Shown here piece by piece: positions 59,005 to 64,000 of a stretch of 64,000 bases of DNA. Every line of letters starts with the position of its first letter. The first letter of the stretch is position 1. The notes under the pieces are model-generated. The model made no database searches. It was not told the origin of the DNA and saw nothing but the letters and a program-made list of their open reading frames with translations. The stretch is from contig JAMLHI010000007.1 in assembly GCA_023957235.1 (NCBI GenBank), forward strand, positions 35,738 through 99,737, given 5' to 3'. Both the position numbers and the translations under genes were made by a program. The DNA comes from Chitinophagales bacterium (GTDB lineage Bacteria > Bacteroidota > Bacteroidia > Chitinophagales > JADIYW01).

Positions 59005-62000
59005 ATGAAAAAAGCCTATTTCATATTATTTTTTATTTTACTATATAGAATTGCATATTCCCAAAATAACCCTGCTCCATATCCTCTTTCTTCCTCTCCA
59101 TATTATTTTAGTAGTTGGGGCGCTGATAAAGTAGCCAATGAATATCCGCCAAATATTCTTCTATTTCAATACAATATGGATGAAGAACCCAAAGAAAATG
59201 ATGAACCAAATGGATTGTGGCAATGCGTATATAATTTAGATTCTCGTTCTAGATTTGTTGGATTAGGAATGCAAGGAATAGGGATGGTCAATTCAAGTGA
59301 CCAGCAAGATTCCCCTTCAAGGTGTGGCAATAGTGAGTTTTTAGGTGGTAAAGTAGGAGCTGTTGTCCTTGCTCTGAATACAAGCAATATGCAAGAAATT
59401 GAACTTTCATGGAAAGTCAGAATGATTGAACAAGGAAATGGCTATCCAGAGCCTAGAGAATTTAAACTAAAACCACAGTACAGAATCGGAATCACTGGAT
59501 CATGGATAGATTTTCCTCTCTCAACAACCTATTCATCAAAAGGAAAAGAAAAAGGAGCATTAGTCAATTATTCAATTGTTTTTCCTTTTGATTTAGAAAA
59601 CAAGGGAAATGTCCAGATAAGATGGAAATATTATCAAGAATCAGCTAATCAAGGTGGTACTAGACCTTTTCTTTCATTAGATGATATAAAAGTTTCTGGT
59701 TTAAATACAAGTTCAGGTTATCAACCATTTGTATTTATCGACAGTGAAAATTTAGGTAATTTTGGTTGTTTATCAGAAAAGTCTTCTTTAATTGATTCTA
59801 TTCAGTTTTCGGCAATACAATTAACTGAACCTCTAACAATAACATCAAATAATAATTTTTATATTTCTTTAGATAGAAATAAAAATTTTTCTCAAGAAAT
59901 AGTTGTTCCTGTATTGAATGGACAAATTGATGATAAATATTTATACATAAAAAAAGAGTGTATAAGAACTGGTATAGAAAATGGAAATTTAAACTTTAAA
60001 ACTGATAAGTTTTTAAAGAATTTAATTTTAAAAGGAGAAGGATATTTTCAGATTTTTCTTAATGAAATTATGGCTTCAAATTTTTTATCTTACTTGGATA
60101 ATTCCACAAAAGATTATCCAGATTGGATAGAGGTTTATAATCCTAATGATACAAGCATAAATCTTCGTGATTATTATTTTTCTGACGATATCAATAACTT
60201 GAAAAAGCATAAAATCGGTATCAATCCGACTCATAATATTGCTTCCAAAGGGTTCAAAATATATATAGCCCAAGGAGAAGCCATCAGCCATAATCATTTA
60301 AATTTTGCTTTATCTACCCATGGGGAAACCATTTTTCTAGTAGGAAAAAATGGAAAAACGATTATTGATAGTGTAACCTATGATAATTTGAGTACAGATA
60401 TTTCTTATGGTAGAGAAATTGATGGTAACAATTCTTGGGTTTTGTTCAAGAAACCAACCCCTGGAGTATCAAATATTAGTGGAACTGTTTTACTGCAAAA
60501 ATCAGATCCTCCAATATTCTCAAAAGCTGGAGGAGAGTTTGAAAATGATTTTTTATTATCACTGTCTCAAAGTAATCCTAATGCTAAGATTTATTATACT
60601 ACTGATGGCTCTATCCCTTCAATCGAAAACTTAGGAGGCTTTACATATGAATATAAACAAAGTTATTATCGAGAACCAGGACATATAGCTGATTCTTATT
60701 TTAGACCTTATCGAACGAATATTTTTAATGCACCAATTAATTTAAACTTATACCTCAATAAGCAATTTTGGATGGGAGACATTAATTCTGCCATCACTTT
60801 AAACCCATTTATTCCAAAGAAACGTCAAGCCCCAGCAGTTGTAATTAGAGCAATAGCTATTGAAGACGGGAAGGAGCCAAGCGAGATAATTACTCATACA
60901 TTCTTTCACAAGGATAATGATATCTTTAAAAGTGATTTGCCAATTATTTCATTAACAGTCAACGAAGAACAATTTAGAGGTTTTGAGAATGGAATATCTG
61001 TACCAGGAATAGATTACGAGACATGGAGATATACTTATCCTAATGCAACAGGTTTAAGAGCTCCTGCCAATTTCAATAGAAAAGGAAGATTAGCTGAAAT
61101 ATCTGCAAATTTTGAAATATTCAATACTAGAAATAGCATTATTAACCAACTTATTGGAATAAGATTACACGGAAGGGGATCAAGATTATCAATTAATAAA
61201 AGCATAAGATTATATACAAGAGGATATTATGGTAATGAAAAGATTACATACTCTTTTTTTAAAAACCTACCTTATGAAGATTTTAAGAGGATTATCTTGA
61301 AAAACTCTTCGGTTAGTAGAGGTCAAGTCCTTTATAGAGATGAATTTATTCAACAAATAATGGCTTTTTCTAAATTAGATTATCAAGAAAATATGCCTTG
61401 CTTACTTTTTATCAATGGAGAGTTTTTGGGATTGTCTTTTGCGAGAGAAAGATTAGATGTTAATTATTTTCAAAGAAAATATGGATTTGAAGATAATGAT
61501 ATTGAAATCCTTGAAAATGCTAGTATGGTCAAAGAAGGTAGTGCAGTGGCATATAATTCATTTCTTGAACAATTAAAGACAGTGAATATACATACTCAAC
61601 AAGCATACAAGTTCTGTAATGAAAATATAGATATCGAAAATTATATTGATTATTATTTAGCAAAATTATACTCTGCAGAAATAGATTGGCCTCAAAACAA
61701 TATTATGTATTGGAGATATAAAAGAGATAAATACACTCCTCATTCTCCTTACGGTTTAGATGGGAGATGGCGATGGGTGAATTTTGATAATGATGGTGGC
61801 TTTATGGAGTCTCCCACTATTAATGCTTTTGACAGAGCTTTAAAACCGACAATAACTGTAAAAAATGAAGAAGGAGAAGAAGTAGAAGAAGATAACCCTG
61901 CTACTTTTTTATTTAGGATGATTATTCAAAATGAAAGGATTAAAACAGAACTAATTACTCGATATTCAGATTTATTAAACACTGCATTTTTACCTAAAAG

Positions 62001-63579
62001 AGTGAATGGTTTGATTGATTTATTTCAAAACAGGATAGATGGTGTTGTAGATTTTCATATAGCTAGATGGGAGATGCCTAATACTAGACAAGCTTGGTTG
62101 GATAATATTCAATTGCTTAGAGATTTTGCCAATGCTCGTCCTGAGAATTGTCGTAAACATATTCAGGAAACATTTGGGATGGGTTCTCTTTCCGAGGTTG
62201 TTTTAGATGTAGATGACATTAATAAAGGAAATATCAAAATTAATACTATTGAGATTAACGCCTCAACTCCAGGAATAGACATTAATCAGATATACCCTTG
62301 GAAGGGATTATATTTTAATAATTTTCCTATTTCTTTTGTCCCAATTCCTGCTGATGGATATAAATTTTCTCATTGGGAATTGACTGATAGCACATCAAAA
62401 GTAGATACTTTAAACTTTGATTTGATGAAAAATATAAAGGTAAAAGCATTTTTTGAAATTGATGAGAACTATATTTATGTACCTGAAGCAGCAAAAATTG
62501 ACCAATGTCCTTATGAGTTTTCTAATTGGCCAAGCAAGCAGATGATTGGTGCAATGCCACAAAATATGGCTTTTTATTCTACAAAATTTCCTGATTCAAG
62601 AGCCAATGGCCATCTTGACAGGCGATTAGACAGTATTCGATATGATTATTCTACCAAAACTAGAATTAACGGCTTAGGAAGTAGAGGATTATCTTTAATT
62701 AATACAGCCAAAGCAAATGATAATTATCTTGAAACTAGATTGGGAGCAGTTGCAGTAGCATTTAATACTGTAAATATACCAGCTACCGAACTCATCTTTA
62801 CAGCTGGTACAGTATGGCCTCAATCCAAGAAATATAGTTTAAGGCTTCAATATCGTTATAGTGACAAGGGTGAAGTATTTGATTTTTTGGACAACAAGGG
62901 TCAGTTAGTAGAATATCATGGTCAACAGAATGCTGAACATGAACAAATGTTTAAAGTGGATCTACCTAAAGAAATGATGAATAGAAAATATGTTCAATTA
63001 TTATGGAGGTATTATTATAATGGTCAACAATTAGATATGGGTTCTGATTCAAGAGATGAGCTGAGAATAGATGACATTATTATTCGTCAAAAAGCAATAG
63101 TGGAGATTAAAAATCTAGATGATTATCATAGTTTAATCATTGGTAATCCTAATAGCAAAACATTTCAATGGTACAAATGTGAAAACGACTCTCTGATATT
63201 GCTAGAAAACGAAACCAAATCATCGTTGAAAATCAGTACTTCTGGAACTTATGCTTTGGCAGTGGATTTTGGTGATTGCAAATATTTATCAGATTGCACT
63301 TATCTTTTTGTCAAGGAACATAAAAGGTTCTTACCTAGCATTTCAAGTTCCGTTGTGCCCAATCCAAACGATGGAATTTTTACAATCTTTTTTGATGAGC
63401 AAATTCATGACATTAGCATTAGAGTTGTAGATGCTTTAGGCAAACTAGTAGATAGTCAATTTATTCAAGAGGCTGAAAATATTGATTTTAATGGTAAAAA
63501 ATGGGGTAGTGGAATGTATATAATCGAGATATCTTCAATAGATGGTCGTAAATCACTTCATAAAATTGTCATTCAATAA
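59005..63579 (+). CDS. T9SS-secreted CotH kinase family protein with lamin-tail-like and FN3/chitobiase-like domains
   Basis: NEIMASN...DWIEVYN (LTD), IYYTTDGS.P, HGRGSR...KS.RLY, DWPQNN...W, DND.G; C-terminal PNPNDG...GMYII...KIVIQ. Confidence 0.85.
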   Translation: MKKAYFILFFILLYRIAYSQNNPAPYPLSSSPYYFSSWGADKVANEYPPNILLFQYNMDEEPKENDEPNGLWQCVYNLDSRSRFVGLGMQGIGMVNSSDQQDSPSRCGNSEFLGGKVGAVVLALNTSNMQEIELSWKVRMIEQGNGYPEPREFKLKPQYRIGITGSWIDFPLSTTYSSKGKEKGALVNYSIVFPFDLENKGNVQIRWKYYQESANQGGTRPFLSLDDIKVSGLNTSSGYQPFVFIDSENLGNFGCLSEKSSLIDSIQFSAIQLTEPLTITSNNNFYISLDRNKNFSQEIVVPVLNGQIDDKYLYIKKECIRTGIENGNLNFKTDKFLKNLILKGEGYFQIFLNEIMASNFLSYLDNSTKDYPDWIEVYNPNDTSINLRDYYFSDDINNLKKHKIGINPTHNIASKGFKIYIAQGEAISHNHLNFALSTHGETIFLVGKNGKTIIDSVTYDNLSTDISYGREIDGNNSWVLFKKPTPGVSNISGTVLLQKSDPPIFSKAGGEFENDFLLSLSQSNPNAKIYYTTDGSIPSIENLGGFTYEYKQSYYREPGHIADSYFRPYRTNIFNAPINLNLYLNKQFWMGDINSAITLNPFIPKKRQAPAVVIRAIAIEDGKEPSEIITHTFFHKDNDIFKSDLPIISLTVNEEQFRGFENGISVPGIDYETWRYTYPNATGLRAPANFNRKGRLAEISANFEIFNTRNSIINQLIGIRLHGRGSRLSINKSIRLYTRGYYGNEKITYSFFKNLPYEDFKRIILKNSSVSRGQVLYRDEFIQQIMAFSKLDYQENMPCLLFINGEFLGLSFARERLDVNYFQRKYGFEDNDIEILENASMVKEGSAVAYNSFLEQLKTVNIHTQQAYKFCNENIDIENYIDYYLAKLYSAEIDWPQNNIMYWRYKRDKYTPHSPYGLDGRWRWVNFDNDGGFMESPTINAFDRALKPTITVKNEEGEEVEEDNPATFLFRMIIQNERIKTELITRYSDLLNTAFLPKRVNGLIDLFQNRIDGVVDFHIARWEMPNTRQAWLDNIQLLRDFANARPENCRKHIQETFGMGSLSEVVLDVDDINKGNIKINTIEINASTPGIDINQIYPWKGLYFNNFPISFVPIPADGYKFSHWELTDSTSKVDTLNFDLMKNIKVKAFFEIDENYIYVPEAAKIDQCPYEFSNWPSKQMIGAMPQNMAFYSTKFPDSRANGHLDRRLDSIRYDYSTKTRINGLGSRGLSLINTAKANDNYLETRLGAVAVAFNTVNIPATELIFTAGTVWPQSKKYSLRLQYRYSDKGEVFDFLDNKGQLVEYHGQQNAEHEQMFKVDLPKEMMNRKYVQLLWRYYYNGQQLDMGSDSRDELRIDDIIIRQKAIVEIKNLDDYHSLIIGNPNSKTFQWYKCENDSLILLENETKSSLKISTSGTYALAVDFGDCKYLSDCTYLFVKEHKRFLPSISSSVVPNPNDGIFTIFFDEQIHDISIRVVDALGKLVDSQFIQEAENIDFNGKKWGSGMYIIEISSIDGRKSLHKIVIQ

Positions 63580-63612
63580 TACGATAATGATTTTTTGATT
63601 TAGATTTGTGTC

Positions 63613-64000
63613 ATGTACATCCCTGCAAGTTTAAATCGTGGAGACACTATAGGTCTAGTATGTATGGCAAGAAAAATTGACATAGATGCTATTCAATCAT
63701 CAATTCAATTTTTTGAACAATCGGGTTTTAAAGTTAAAATTGGCAAATCTGTAGGTGCTACTTATCATCAATTTGGGGGAGATGATGACCTTCGTCGAAT
63801 TGATTTGCAAATGATGTTGGATGATACAGAAGTAAAAGCCATTTTTTCTTGTCGTGGTGGATATGGGACGGTGAGGATTATTGATGATATTTATTATGGT
63901 AATTTCATATCCCAACCCAAATGGATAGTCGGATATTCTGATATTACAGTTCTCCATGCTCATCTCAATCATGTTATGGGTATCAGTACCTTACATGCAA
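63613..64000 (+). CDS. Partial LD-carboxypeptidase (peptidase S66)
   Basis: Hand-translated from ATG at 63613: MYIPASLNRGDTIGLV...RGGYG...GYSDIT; open to the window end. Confidence 0.9.
   Translation, partial: MYIPASLNRGDTIGLVCMARKIDIDAIQSSIQFFEQSGFKVKIGKSVGATYHQFGGDDDLRRIDLQMMLDDTEVKAIFSCRGGYGTVRIIDDIYYGNFISQPKWIVGYSDITVLHAHLNHVMGISTLHA

Overview
This is a 64 kb AT-rich chromosomal window from a Bacteroidota genome. The assignment rests on T9SS C-terminal sorting domains, TAnnTTTG promoters and the pheT-zapB-zapA-rny gene order. Most of 15-64 kb is housekeeping or accessory content: pccB, rluA-type, pheT, zapA, rny, mgtE, pruA, ftcD, a TetR-TolC-MFP-RND efflux operon, alaS, gatB, an M42 peptidase, and T9SS-secreted GH172 and CotH proteins. 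The first 11 kb is the unusual part. It holds a minus-strand acyl-CoA catabolic operon (Atu/Liu-like carboxylase alpha and beta, crotonase, BKACE/DUF849, two ACAD-SCP2 fusions) whose gene junctions carry small repeat-associated passengers. These are (i) a 118-aa stand-alone GIY-YIG nuclease inside an array of eleven 26-bp TGTC-tagged palindromes, like a REPtron but without a RAYT transposase, (ii) a four-helix-bundle gene bracketed by oppositely oriented 8-bp tandem repeats that supply its start and stop codons, and (iii) orphan 8-mer and CGTC-palindrome arrays. I saw no rRNA, tRNA, CRISPR array or canonical transposase. All protein calls come from motif recognition by eye; no database searches were run.
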